A stretch of 51,122 nt of DNA, from assembly GCA_964349525.1 (NCBI GenBank), contig CAYGGI010000001.1:1-51122 (forward strand). Direction: 5' to 3'. The translations under genes and the position numbers were made by a program. The notes beneath the pieces are model-generated. The model made no database searches. It was not told where the DNA came from and was given only the letters and a program-made list of their open reading frames with translations. The stretch is from an uncultured Candidatus Saccharibacteria bacterium (lineage in GTDB: Bacteria > Patescibacteriota > Minisyncoccia > Phycocordibacterales > PALSA-1337). Position 1 is the stretch's first letter; each line of letters opens with the position of its first letter. Positions 1 to 8,002 of the stretch are shown here, one piece after another.

Positions 1-70
1 CGCGTAGCTCAGCTGGTAGAGCATTCGACTGATACTCGAAAGGTCCTTGGTTCGACCCCAAGCGCGCGCA
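1..70 (+). tRNA. tRNA-Ile (anticodon GAU); 5' end cut by the window edge (about 3 nt of acceptor stem missing); CCA not encoded
   Basis: Cloverleaf readable by eye: D arm GCTC/GAGC (7-22), anticodon arm TTCGA-CTGATAC-TCGAA (24-40, anticodon GAT at 31-33), variable AGGTC, T arm CTTGG-TTCGACC-CCAAG (46-62), acceptor 3' strand CGCGCGC plus discriminator A (63-70). Confidence 0.9.
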
Positions 71-98
71 CCCGAAGGTTTCTCGATAATCATCATTT

Positions 99-131
99 CA
101 CAAAAGTGACGAAAAATTCGTCACTTTTGTG
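99..131 (+). terminator. Intrinsic terminator after the tRNA; copy 1 of a repeated palindromic element
   Basis: Perfect 15-bp inverted repeat CACAAAAGTGACGAA / TTCGTCACTTTTGTG around an AAA loop, followed by a T-rich stretch. The GTG that starts the 106..1116 ORF lies inside this hairpin. Confidence 0.75.
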
Positions 132-150
132 TTTAAGTAAACATGATGTA

Positions 151-159
151 TGGTATACT
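151..159 (+). promoter_or_regulatory. Extended -10 box TGGTATACT, 7 nt upstream of ATG 166 (leaderless or near-leaderless transcript)
   Basis: TGnTATACT match. The same motif class recurs at 2912, 6237, 11534(-), 13778 and 35662. Confidence 0.45.
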
Positions 160-165
160 ACCCCC

Positions 166-1116
166 ATGAACCCACAAACCCCAACAAAAACCACCCCAAA
201 AGACTTTTTCCTTCACCTCGGCGCGACTGTAGCTCTCTATGCTTCGGTCATTGCCCTTGTTAATTTGCTATTCAGCATTATCGACTATTCATTCCCCGAT
301 GAGCTTTCCAACTACTTTTCCTCAAGCTCTATAGCATGGCCGATCTCCATGCTCATTGTCCTCGTACCTACACTCTATATAATCGGCTGGATCATCAGGA
401 AAGACATTATTCAGATGCCGGAAAAAGACAGTCTCTGGATCCGCCGATGGAGAATATTCCTCACACTTTTCCTAACCGGAGCGACTATTATCGGCGACCT
501 TATCGTACTCATCAACACCTACCTCAATGGGGAAATTTCCGAGAGGTTAATTTATAAAGTCCTTGCCATCCTCATCTTGTTCGGAGTTATTTTCGCCTAC
601 TATCTCCTCGAAAGAATACAGGGTAAAAGAAAGGTGCAAACAGTTCTCGCGTGGGTAGGAGCAATCATCGTTCTCGCAAGCATTGTCGGAGGCTTCCTCA
701 TCGTCGGTTCCCCTACGAAACAGAGAGCTGTACGCTTCGACAATCAGCGCGTGAATGATCTCCAGAGCATTCAATATCAAATCGTTAGTTATTGGCAAAG
801 TAAAAGTAAATTACCGGCGACATTATCTGCTCTCAATGATCCCCTTGCAGGCACTACAGTATCTGTCGATCCAGAGAATCAGACCGAATACGGATATTCA
901 ATAAAAAGCGATAAAAGTTTTGAATTATGCGCAACATTTTCTTTGACATCAGAAGATGCCCGAGGAAAGGGAAGCTACGGCTATAATACGATTTATCAAG
1001 TATATCCTGGAATGGCACAAGACACTTGGAAGTATACCGCAGGTCGCTCCTGTTTTACTCGCACTATTGATCCAGAGATGTATCCTCCAATTCCTAAAAT
1101 CGTAATGCCAATTTAG
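166..1116 (+). CDS. Multi-pass membrane protein of unknown function with a soluble C-terminal domain (N-terminus resembles DUF5671-type membrane domains, from memory only)
   Basis: ORF 106..1116 trimmed to ATG 166 because the upstream GTG lies in the terminator hairpin. Several hydrophobic helices are visible (LGATVALYASVIALVNLLF, ISMLIVLVPTLYIIGWII, LTLFLTGATIIGDLIVLI, VLAILILFGVIFAYYLL, AWVGAIIVLASIVGGFLIV). Confidence 0.7.
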   Translation: MNPQTPTKTTPKDFFLHLGATVALYASVIALVNLLFSIIDYSFPDELSNYFSSSSIAWPISMLIVLVPTLYIIGWIIRKDIIQMPEKDSLWIRRWRIFLTLFLTGATIIGDLIVLINTYLNGEISERLIYKVLAILILFGVIFAYYLLERIQGKRKVQTVLAWVGAIIVLASIVGGFLIVGSPTKQRAVRFDNQRVNDLQSIQYQIVSYWQSKSKLPATLSALNDPLAGTTVSVDPENQTEYGYSIKSDKSFELCATFSLTSEDARGKGSYGYNTIYQVYPGMAQDTWKYTAGRSCFTRTIDPEMYPPIPKIVMPI

Positions 1117-1219
1117 GCTCGCGCAACTTCCCGACATTTCTTTGATTTTTACCGTGGTTTACTGTAGTATTCATGCCTGTACTACTATTTATTAAACATC
1201 CCTAATTAAACCAACCCCC

Positions 1220-2635
1220 ATGAATCTCGAAAAGAAAACAAAGATTGTCTGCACTATCGGTCCCGCCACTGAAAGCGTCGAAAAGCTCACCTCCCTCGTC
1301 AACGCCGGCATGAACGTTATGCGTCTCAATTTTTCCCATGGAGACTTCGCAGAACATCAGAACCGTATAGATAATCTCAAGAAAGTCGTCAAAGCAACAG
1401 GCAAGCGTGTTGCCGTTCTCCAGGACTTGAGCGGACCAAAGATCCGCACGGGGGAATTCGAGACGACAACTGTTACCATCAAGGCTGGGGAGACCTTTAC
1501 CTTTACGACTGAAAAAATAGTGGGGAATGACAAGAAAGTTTACATAAATTACCCTCTTCTTCCAAAAGAGGTGAAAGTCGGTGGTTACATCCTCGTTGAT
1601 GATGGAAAAAAGAAATTTCAGATCACTGGTATCAAGGGCAAGGAAGTCATCACCAAAGTCATCACCGGAGGAGTCACCAAGGGTAAGCGCGGAGTCAATC
1701 TTCCTGGTGCTTACCTCTCCATGAGCTCGATCACCGAAAAGGATCGTGCGGATCTTGAGTTCGGTATAAAGAACAAGGCTGATTTTATTGCTCTTTCCTT
1801 CGTTCGTCGACCTTCTGATGTCGCGGAACTTCGCGATATGCTCGATAAGGCAAAGTCAAAAGCCGCAATTATTTCAAAAATCGAGACTCCCGAAGCTCTC
1901 GAAAATATCGATGAAATTATAAATCTTTCCGATGCCGTCATGGTTGCCCGCGGAGACCTCGCTGTCGAGATTCCCGCCGAAGAAGTGCCTCTTGTTCAGA
2001 AAATGCTCATCCAGAAATGCAACTCCCTCGGCAAGCCTGTTATCACTGCTACACAGATGCTTGAGTCGATGATCAAGAGTCCTGTGCCTACCCGCGCCGA
2101 AGTGTCCGACATCGCGAATGCTATTATCGATGGTACTGACGCTATTATGCTTTCCGAAGAAACGACGCTCGGAGAATATCCTGTCGAAGCTGTCGAGATG
2201 ATGACGCGCATCGCTCTTCGTGTTGAAAAGGACGTCTATACCGCCGATACTATCGCTGAATACGATGATTCTCATGGCGTTACCGATATCGTCTCCCAGT
2301 CTGCCGTCCTTGCCACCCACGAGCTCGATGCACGCTTTATCGTCGCTCTCACCGCATCTGGTCGCACTGCCCGCATGGTTGCTCGCTACAAGCCGGCTGA
2401 ACGCATTGTTGCTATTACATTCTCCGAGACTACAGCGAACCAGCTCGCGCTCTCATTCGGATGTCATCCGGTTGTTGTGCCAAAGCTTTCGAGTAATGAA
2501 GAAGTCCTACCCATCGTCCGCAAGATCGCTCTCGAAGAAAAGATGGCGGCCAGGGGCGACAAGGTGGTCATTCTCGCTGGTATGCCGTTCGGCAAGCTCA
2601 AGGAGACCAACATGATGATTGTCGAGACTCTCTAG
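1220..2635 (+). CDS. pyk: Pyruvate kinase
   Basis: 471 aa. Hallmarks TKIVCTIGPA, MNVMRLNFSHGDF and VMVARGDLAVEIP, at full pyruvate kinase length. Confidence 0.95.
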   Translation: MNLEKKTKIVCTIGPATESVEKLTSLVNAGMNVMRLNFSHGDFAEHQNRIDNLKKVVKATGKRVAVLQDLSGPKIRTGEFETTTVTIKAGETFTFTTEKIVGNDKKVYINYPLLPKEVKVGGYILVDDGKKKFQITGIKGKEVITKVITGGVTKGKRGVNLPGAYLSMSSITEKDRADLEFGIKNKADFIALSFVRRPSDVAELRDMLDKAKSKAAIISKIETPEALENIDEIINLSDAVMVARGDLAVEIPAEEVPLVQKMLIQKCNSLGKPVITATQMLESMIKSPVPTRAEVSDIANAIIDGTDAIMLSEETTLGEYPVEAVEMMTRIALRVEKDVYTADTIAEYDDSHGVTDIVSQSAVLATHELDARFIVALTASGRTARMVARYKPAERIVAITFSETTANQLALSFGCHPVVVPKLSSNEEVLPIVRKIALEEKMAARGDKVVILAGMPFGKLKETNMMIVETL

Positions 2636-2662
2636 TCAGTCAAATCGCACAAAGAAAACAAT

Positions 2663-2842
2663 ATGAAGAAAGTCGAAGTCAAAGAACTCTGGAAATTTAT
2701 CACTGAATTCAACTTTTTCCTCTTGGGTTCGGGTATAGAAAGTGGAAAGGAGAAGAAGTGGCAAGGATGGCTTTTTGCCCTGCCATTCTTGGCTGTGTTG
2801 GGAATACTCATGTTTTTGGTAGTTAGAGTGTTTATAAGTTGA
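2663..2842 (+). CDS. Possible 59-aa small membrane protein (below the ORF-track cutoff)
   Basis: Hand translation: MKKVEVKELWKFITEFNFFLLGSGIESGKEKKWQGWLFALPFLAVLGILMFLVVRVFIS. It has one C-terminal hydrophobic helix and sits in the otherwise empty 285-nt pyk-radC gap. No clear RBS. Confidence 0.35.
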   Translation: MKKVEVKELWKFITEFNFFLLGSGIESGKEKKWQGWLFALPFLAVLGILMFLVVRVFIS

Positions 2843-2911
2843 CTTATCCACAGAGTTCTCAAATTTCGATAAAATTTTCGCATTTTGTGCTATTGAGTAT
2901 ATTTTTCATGA

Positions 2912-2920
2912 TGATATACT
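2912..2920 (+). promoter_or_regulatory. Extended -10 box TGATATACT, 7 nt upstream of radC ATG 2927
   Basis: Motif match and position. A possible -35 TTGAGT lies 16 nt upstream. Confidence 0.45.
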
Positions 2921-2926
2921 TTGCCC

Positions 2927-3673
2927 ATGAACACAACATACACACCAAAAATCTATACTCTCCAGGACACGAATCTATTTCTTGACAACCCGCTCAAGGA
3001 ATACATCCTGAAGATCCACGATATGCCTCTCGATGAAAAGCCGCGCGAGAAACTTATGAAGCAGGGACCGGAGACACTCTCGCTTCCCGAGCTTGTTGCG
3101 GTCGTCCTCAATGTCGGCAGCAAGAGCGAAGGGATTATGGAAATGGCGCATCGTATTGTCAGGGAATATGGCGAGAGAAGCATCTTCGCGGAGAAAAGCC
3201 CGGAGAAACTTTCCATTGATCTTGATATTCCGATCACCAAAGCCTGCCAGATCGTCGCCTGCGGAGAATTAGGAAAGCGTTTCTACGAAAAGAATTCTTC
3301 AGGCTTTACCGTCATTCGCACAGCACAAGACGCCTACGATTATCTCCACGATATGCGCACTCTGTCCAAGGAACACCTGCGCGGACTGTATCTCAACAGT
3401 CATAACCGCATCATTCATGACGAAGTCATCTCTATCGGTACGATCAACACGAACATCGTCCATCCGCGGGAGGTTTTCCGACCTGGTATAGAGTATAGCG
3501 CGGCAGCAGTTATCCTCGCTCATAATCACCCGTCGGGAAATCCACTGCCGAGCAAGGAAGACATCGAGATCACCGAACAGCTCGTACGCGCAGGGAAGAT
3601 TCTCGGCATCAATGTGCTCGACCATGTCGTCATTACGAAGGACGGCTTCCATAGCATCAAGACCAATTATTAA
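2927..3673 (+). CDS. radC: RadC-family JAMM/MPN+ domain protein
   Basis: C-terminal HNHPSGNPLPSKEDIEITEQL motif (JAMM H-x-H-P-S-G ... S-x-x-D) and an N-terminal helix-hairpin-helix-like LSLPELVAVVL. Start set at ATG 2927; TTG 2921 is an alternative. Confidence 0.9.
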   Translation: MNTTYTPKIYTLQDTNLFLDNPLKEYILKIHDMPLDEKPREKLMKQGPETLSLPELVAVVLNVGSKSEGIMEMAHRIVREYGERSIFAEKSPEKLSIDLDIPITKACQIVACGELGKRFYEKNSSGFTVIRTAQDAYDYLHDMRTLSKEHLRGLYLNSHNRIIHDEVISIGTINTNIVHPREVFRPGIEYSAAAVILAHNHPSGNPLPSKEDIEITEQLVRAGKILGINVLDHVVITKDGFHSIKTNY

Positions 3674-3676
3674 ACT

Positions 3677-3991
3677 ATGTATACCATTTCACCCTCACTA
3701 TCAGGAGTACTTTCCGATGATTATCTCTACTTTGAGGGTGTCAGGAGGCCAGAAAGTTTCTTCATGTTACGCGATGGGGGTGAGAAAATCATTGAAACTG
3801 AAGACATCGTCGTTCTCGAGAGGTACTGGAACGACATGTACAACCTCTTCTTGCGCAAGCTCACGCAGTTTGCCGGCAGTAACCCGATTAATGACGAAGA
3901 ATCGCTCAAGCTCCAAGCATTGCTCGAAGAAATGATCAAGGTCAAGAAGCTCATTGAAAATGCCTCAAAGACGGCTATAATGAGGAGGTGA
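3677..3991 (+). CDS. Hypothetical protein (104 aa)
   Basis: The ORF is packed between radC (3-nt gap) and murD (4-nt overlap). No recognisable motif. Confidence 0.55.
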   Translation: MYTISPSLSGVLSDDYLYFEGVRRPESFFMLRDGGEKIIETEDIVVLERYWNDMYNLFLRKLTQFAGSNPINDEESLKLQALLEEMIKVKKLIENASKTAIMRR

Positions 3992-5262
3992 ATTACAAAG
4001 ACTTTTTCCGAGGGAAACGCGTAGTTATTGTAGGGCTCGGTCCTCATGGGGAGATGCTCGCTGATATCAAGTTTCTCCTCAAGCTTGGGGTACAGGTTTC
4101 ATTTTACGATATGCGAAGCGAGTCAAGACTCCAGGGTTTTCTGACGCCTCTCACGGCAGCGGGTTTGACCGACTATACCTTCGGAAAAGTCGATGATGAA
4201 GCACTGGCACAAGCCGATCTCATCATTCTGTCTCCGGAGATCTCGCGAAAATCCCTTTTTTTGAAAAAGGCTGTCAAAGCTGGCGTACGGATAGAATACC
4301 CTGATATCCTTTTTTTAAAATTGGCTCCATCGATTACCCTCATCGGCGTTATGGGTCAATGTGGGAAAAGCACCGTCGCCCACATGCTCTACAAGGTTCT
4401 TAAACAGTCTTTTTCCGAATACGAAGATCAAGGTCTCTACTTTATCGACCCCGATCTTTCCCATGGAGCGCTCACGCATTTGAAGAAAATAAAAGGCGGA
4501 GACGTCGTCTTGGCGCGCATCGCTGAAGACATGATGGGTGAATATTCGAGCGCCCGTGTCAGTCCACATGTTGCGATCATCACTTCTCTGACCTCGCAAG
4601 CTCTCGCCGGCACGAAAAAAGCTTTTGACATTCTCGAACACCAAACATACAACAATTTTGTTGTCGCTCCGGACGCCGTGATTGATGCTATAAAAACAAA
4701 AACTGATTTTGTTACCAAAGCCAAGATGCTTCGGACGCGTGCCGACAACTCCGCCTTGGTTCTCCAAGCCGCCGAGCTCTTTAAGGTTTCTGCTGAAACC
4801 GTCGCGAGCGTACTCGAAGATTTTTCTGGCCTCAAGGGTCATCGAGAGCTTATCAAGAAAATCGGGGGAATCGAGTTCTACAATGATTCTGCAGCCGTCA
4901 CGCCAAAGGCTACTCTCGCGGCTCTACAGGCGTTGTCTGTCGAAAAAAATATTGTTCTCATCCTTGGCGGGGCGTATACGGGCTATGAGTATGGAGAATT
5001 GATCAAAGAAATTCCTTTGCACGCCAAGGTAGTGATCCTCCTGCCAGGAAGCGGCAGTCTCGGTTTTCGCAAGGATTTGGAGGTGCTCTGCGATATCGTA
5101 TTTCTCCAGGCGCCGACCATCGAGGTAGCTCTTACTCTCGCGAAAGAGCAGGCAAAGAAAGGCGACAGGATACTTTTTAGTCCGGCGTGCGAAGCAATCG
5201 GTATCCATATTTCACGGAAGGAGCGAGGAGATAAATTTGTAAAGGCAGTGAGGGCACTGTGA
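3988..5262 (+). CDS. murD: Mur ligase, MurD-like (UDP-N-acetylmuramoylalanine--D-glutamate ligase)
   Basis: N-terminal Rossmann VVIVGLGPHG, P-loop GVMGQCGKSTVAHML, and the HRxE-type segment GLKGHRELI typical of MurD. GTG start overlaps the upstream stop. Confidence 0.8.
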   Translation: MNYKDFFRGKRVVIVGLGPHGEMLADIKFLLKLGVQVSFYDMRSESRLQGFLTPLTAAGLTDYTFGKVDDEALAQADLIILSPEISRKSLFLKKAVKAGVRIEYPDILFLKLAPSITLIGVMGQCGKSTVAHMLYKVLKQSFSEYEDQGLYFIDPDLSHGALTHLKKIKGGDVVLARIAEDMMGEYSSARVSPHVAIITSLTSQALAGTKKAFDILEHQTYNNFVVAPDAVIDAIKTKTDFVTKAKMLRTRADNSALVLQAAELFKVSAETVASVLEDFSGLKGHRELIKKIGGIEFYNDSAAVTPKATLAALQALSVEKNIVLILGGAYTGYEYGELIKEIPLHAKVVILLPGSGSLGFRKDLEVLCDIVFLQAPTIEVALTLAKEQAKKGDRILFSPACEAIGIHISRKERGDKFVKAVRAL

Positions 5263-5319
5263 AAAAATGAGACTCCGAACGGGGAGGGAGCCTTTTTGAG
5301 AGCGATAGCGGTCCAAAAA

Positions 5320-5354
5320 GGACTCCCGACCGCAAGATGAGGAGTCCATTTTTT
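5320..5354. terminator. Bidirectional intrinsic terminator between convergent murD and the PLP-enzyme gene
   Basis: GGACTCC (5320-5326) pairs with GGAGTCC (5341-5347). The hairpin is flanked by AAAAA upstream and TTTTTT downstream, so a U-run follows it on either strand. Confidence 0.7.
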
Positions 5355-5355
5355 C

Positions 5356-6234
5356 CTAGTCCCCACAGATCATACAGACAACTGCGCCTCCCCAACTTTT
5401 ACTCGTATAGATAGCTTGCATAAGTCCTGCAACTGACAGGGCGCTGTTTGGGGAAATTGAAAGCGGATCTTTCCCGGTATTTTTTTTAACAATATCCATC
5501 GCCGCTTTTATTTCTTCATTTGATACTATCCAGCCATTTCCACCAGATTTTTTTATGAGAGGAACAAGTGTCTCTTTGCGCAATGCTGTCTGGTCGACGA
5601 TAGCGTCGGCAATCGACTTTTCATCATGAATGTCATTGTCTACGAAAGCATCGGCGATCGGGTGGCATGAGGAGGTTTGGACGATGTGCACCTCTACACC
5701 CGTAAGGCTCTCGGCCAGTGCCTGTGCCGTTGTTCCTGAAGATGTTCCTATGAAAACAGCCTTCAGATCAGGAATCTGAGCGAGTTCTTCGGCGAGGCTC
5801 TTGTAGCCGACAAGGGCGGTGTCATTGTCCGACTGTCGTAGACTCTGAATATTCGGATCAAGAGTTTTCATAAAAAGGGCTTGGAGAGGACGATCCTGGA
5901 GTGAGAGGAGAATATACTCGTCTTTGAGTGCTTCCAACTTTTTTAATTTATGTGGATTGATACTTTTACCCGCAAGTATCTCCAGAGTTATTTTTTCACC
6001 TTTTTCATTCAATTCTTTAATATATAATCCCGCAGCGAGAGCGGCGTTTCCCGAAGAAGAGATGGCAAAATGTCGGCAACCTCCCTTTATTTTCTCATTG
6101 ATCATGAGGGGAATAGAGCGACCCTTGTGCGAGCCATAGGGATGGAGATCCTCGCGCTTGAAAAAGAGAGGGGTTTCTGTTGGTAGGCCTAAGGCCCGGG
6201 CTAGTTCTGGTTGTGGCTCGTGGAGAGTAAGCAT
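5356..6234 (-). CDS. PLP-dependent enzyme, fold type II (tryptophan synthase beta-like superfamily); specificity unknown
   Basis: FFKREDLHPYGSHKGRS resembles the TrpB/threonine-synthase-type PLP-lysine segment. A glycine-rich loop GTSSGTTAQ lies further on. At 292 aa it is shorter than TrpB. Confidence 0.7.
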   Translation of the reverse strand: MLTLHEPQPELARALGLPTETPLFFKREDLHPYGSHKGRSIPLMINEKIKGGCRHFAISSSGNAALAAGLYIKELNEKGEKITLEILAGKSINPHKLKKLEALKDEYILLSLQDRPLQALFMKTLDPNIQSLRQSDNDTALVGYKSLAEELAQIPDLKAVFIGTSSGTTAQALAESLTGVEVHIVQTSSCHPIADAFVDNDIHDEKSIADAIVDQTALRKETLVPLIKKSGGNGWIVSNEEIKAAMDIVKKNTGKDPLSISPNSALSVAGLMQAIYTSKSWGGAVVCMICGD

Positions 6235-6273
6235 GTTGATATATTACACTGTTTCAGTTAGTATTAGAAGTAT

Positions 6274-6438
6274 ATGACATCGAACTGCCCAGAATGCAAG
6301 AACAATATAGACCTTTCACGATATCCCGCTGTTAAGGAGGGAATGGTCATAGAATGCGACCATTGCGGCATGACACTTCTCGTCAAGAAAATTGATGGTG
6401 ATACTGTCTCAACTGAGATTATTGACGAAGGGAAGTAA
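6274..6438 (+). CDS. LysW-like zinc-ribbon small protein (54 aa; not in the ORF track)
   Basis: Hand translation: MTSNCPECKNNIDLSRYPAVKEGMVIECDHCGMTLLVKKIDGDTVSTEIIDEGK. It has CPEC...CDHC knuckles and an acidic tail. An extended -10 TGATATATT sits at 6237-6245, and the stop abuts the convergent mpl stop. Confidence 0.6.
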   Translation: MTSNCPECKNNIDLSRYPAVKEGMVIECDHCGMTLLVKKIDGDTVSTEIIDEGK

Positions 6439-7854
6439 TTAGGCGGACAAGGCTTTAATCGTTTCCTCTATCATCCCTCTAAACCCATGTGATCCGAGGA
6501 AGACGATGACGTCGTCGGCCTCTGTCTGCCTATTTTGCGAAGTTAGAAAAGTGACCAATTTTTCGTCACTTTCTATGTAGTGAGAATTGGTATGGGTCTT
6601 CCCGATGACTTTTGTAAGCTCATCGCCTTCAAGCGGTTGATCGGCTGTACCCGCATTCGCATCGATTTTTAATTTTGAAAGGCGAGGGATGATGACGGTG
6701 TCGGCGTCCCTGAAAGCGTCGTCGTACATACCAATCGTCTCTCGTTGACGTCCTCCGATATTTGGTTCAAAAACCGCGATTATTTTTTTATGATATACCT
6801 CGCGAAGACTCTCAAGTACTGAAGCGGCCTTCTCTGGTGTTGGCGCATGACAGTCAAAAAGAGTTATGCAGTCTTTTGTTTCAAATCTCTTTTCGAGTCG
6901 TCTTTTAATTCCCCTAAATTCTTTTAACGCCTCAATTATTTTTTCTGGAGAAATTCCAATCTCGTTCGCCATAGCAAATACTCCGGTAATGTTTTCGACA
7001 TTGAATCGACCGAGCATGGGGGATTCTACCCCATACTTTTTATCTTTATGAATGATCGAAAAAGATAGACCATCTTTTGTATGAATTACATCTCCATATA
7101 TATAATCGGCGCTTCCGGTTTTTCCATAGGAAACAACTTTTCTATTCCCGAGAACTTTCGCTGTACCTTTGTCATCTGTACATGCCACGATCATCCCGGT
7201 TACAGGCATTTCCGCCACTAACTTTTTGAAGGCTTCGAAGTAAGATTCTTCAGTAGGGTAGACATCAGCATGGTCCCACGACACAGATGTTAGGAGAAGA
7301 TGAGTGGGGTGATAATGAAAGAATTTGGCAATGTTGTCGGTCTGCGAACCTGTATACTCATCACCTTCGAGAATACTCCATTTCCCATCGGCGATTCTTG
7401 CTGCGTTTTTTTGTGAAAGAGAAATACCGCCGAACATGTATGATGGATCGAACCCTGTTTTTTCGAGAATAAAGGAAAGGAGAGTACTCGTCGTCGTTTT
7501 GCCCCAGGTTCCCGCGCAGACGATAGAATTTTCCCGAAGGAAATATTTCTCGAGAATTTCCGGAAATGAATGAATAGGAATATTCTTTTCTTTTGCGAGA
7601 AGCGTTTCCGGATTGACGCTACTTTTGCCACTGCCACCAATCATGACAATGTCAGGCAGACTTTCGAGCATTTTCTCCGGATGCCAGCCAGCGTAAAATT
7701 CGATGCCGGCTTTCTCGAGCTCGGTCGAAACGGGAGGGTAGAAGCCCTTGTCGGAACCGGTGACCTTCCAGCCTTTGTTGTGAAAGGCGATGGCAATAGC
7801 GCTGGTCGCGACGCCGCAGATGCCGATGATATGGAGGTGTTTCTGATCAATCAT
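6439..7854 (-). CDS. mpl: Mur ligase of the Mpl/MurC type (closest by eye to UDP-N-acetylmuramate:L-Ala-D-Glu-mDAP ligase Mpl)
   Basis: IIGICGVATS...VTGSDKGFYPPVSTELEKAGIEF parallels E. coli Mpl ILGICG...VTGSDANVYPPMSTLLEKQGIE. P-loop CAGTWGKTTT, EGDEY and SWDHADVY are present. Confidence 0.75.
   Translation of the reverse strand: MIDQKHLHIIGICGVATSAIAIAFHNKGWKVTGSDKGFYPPVSTELEKAGIEFYAGWHPEKMLESLPDIVMIGGSGKSSVNPETLLAKEKNIPIHSFPEILEKYFLRENSIVCAGTWGKTTTSTLLSFILEKTGFDPSYMFGGISLSQKNAARIADGKWSILEGDEYTGSQTDNIAKFFHYHPTHLLLTSVSWDHADVYPTEESYFEAFKKLVAEMPVTGMIVACTDDKGTAKVLGNRKVVSYGKTGSADYIYGDVIHTKDGLSFSIIHKDKKYGVESPMLGRFNVENITGVFAMANEIGISPEKIIEALKEFRGIKRRLEKRFETKDCITLFDCHAPTPEKAASVLESLREVYHKKIIAVFEPNIGGRQRETIGMYDDAFRDADTVIIPRLSKLKIDANAGTADQPLEGDELTKVIGKTHTNSHYIESDEKLVTFLTSQNRQTEADDVIVFLGSHGFRGMIEETIKALSA
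6547..6573 (-). repeat. Copy 3 (inverted, 25/27 identical) of the palindromic terminator element, embedded in the mpl coding sequence
   Basis: AAAAGTGACCAATTTTTCGTCACTTTC versus the reverse complement of the 102-128 core, AAAAGTGACGAATTTTTCGTCACTTTT. In frame it encodes ESDEKLVTF of Mpl. Confidence 0.7.
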
Positions 7855-7894
7855 GATGGGATTAAGTATACCCTGACAGTGTATGAGAATTGTA

Positions 7895-7923
7895 TTGACA
7901 TTTTAATCAAAGTGTGCTATGTT
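7895..7923 (+). promoter_or_regulatory. Sigma-70-like promoter for the 8003 gene
   Basis: TTGACA (7895-7900), 17-nt spacer, TATGTT (7918-7923). Confidence 0.55.
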
Positions 7924-8002
7924 TATGAGGAATCAGGCTATGCTCCAGCGGATGTTGGAAGACAGGCTTGGAAGGAAACAGAACGTCAAAAAAAGGAAAA
8001 CG

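Noticed and set aside
106-165. GTG start at 106 proposed by the ORF track for the membrane protein
   Set aside because: The GTG and the next 8 codons lie inside the 15-bp perfect terminator hairpin after the tRNA. ATG 166 has a -10 box 7 nt upstream.
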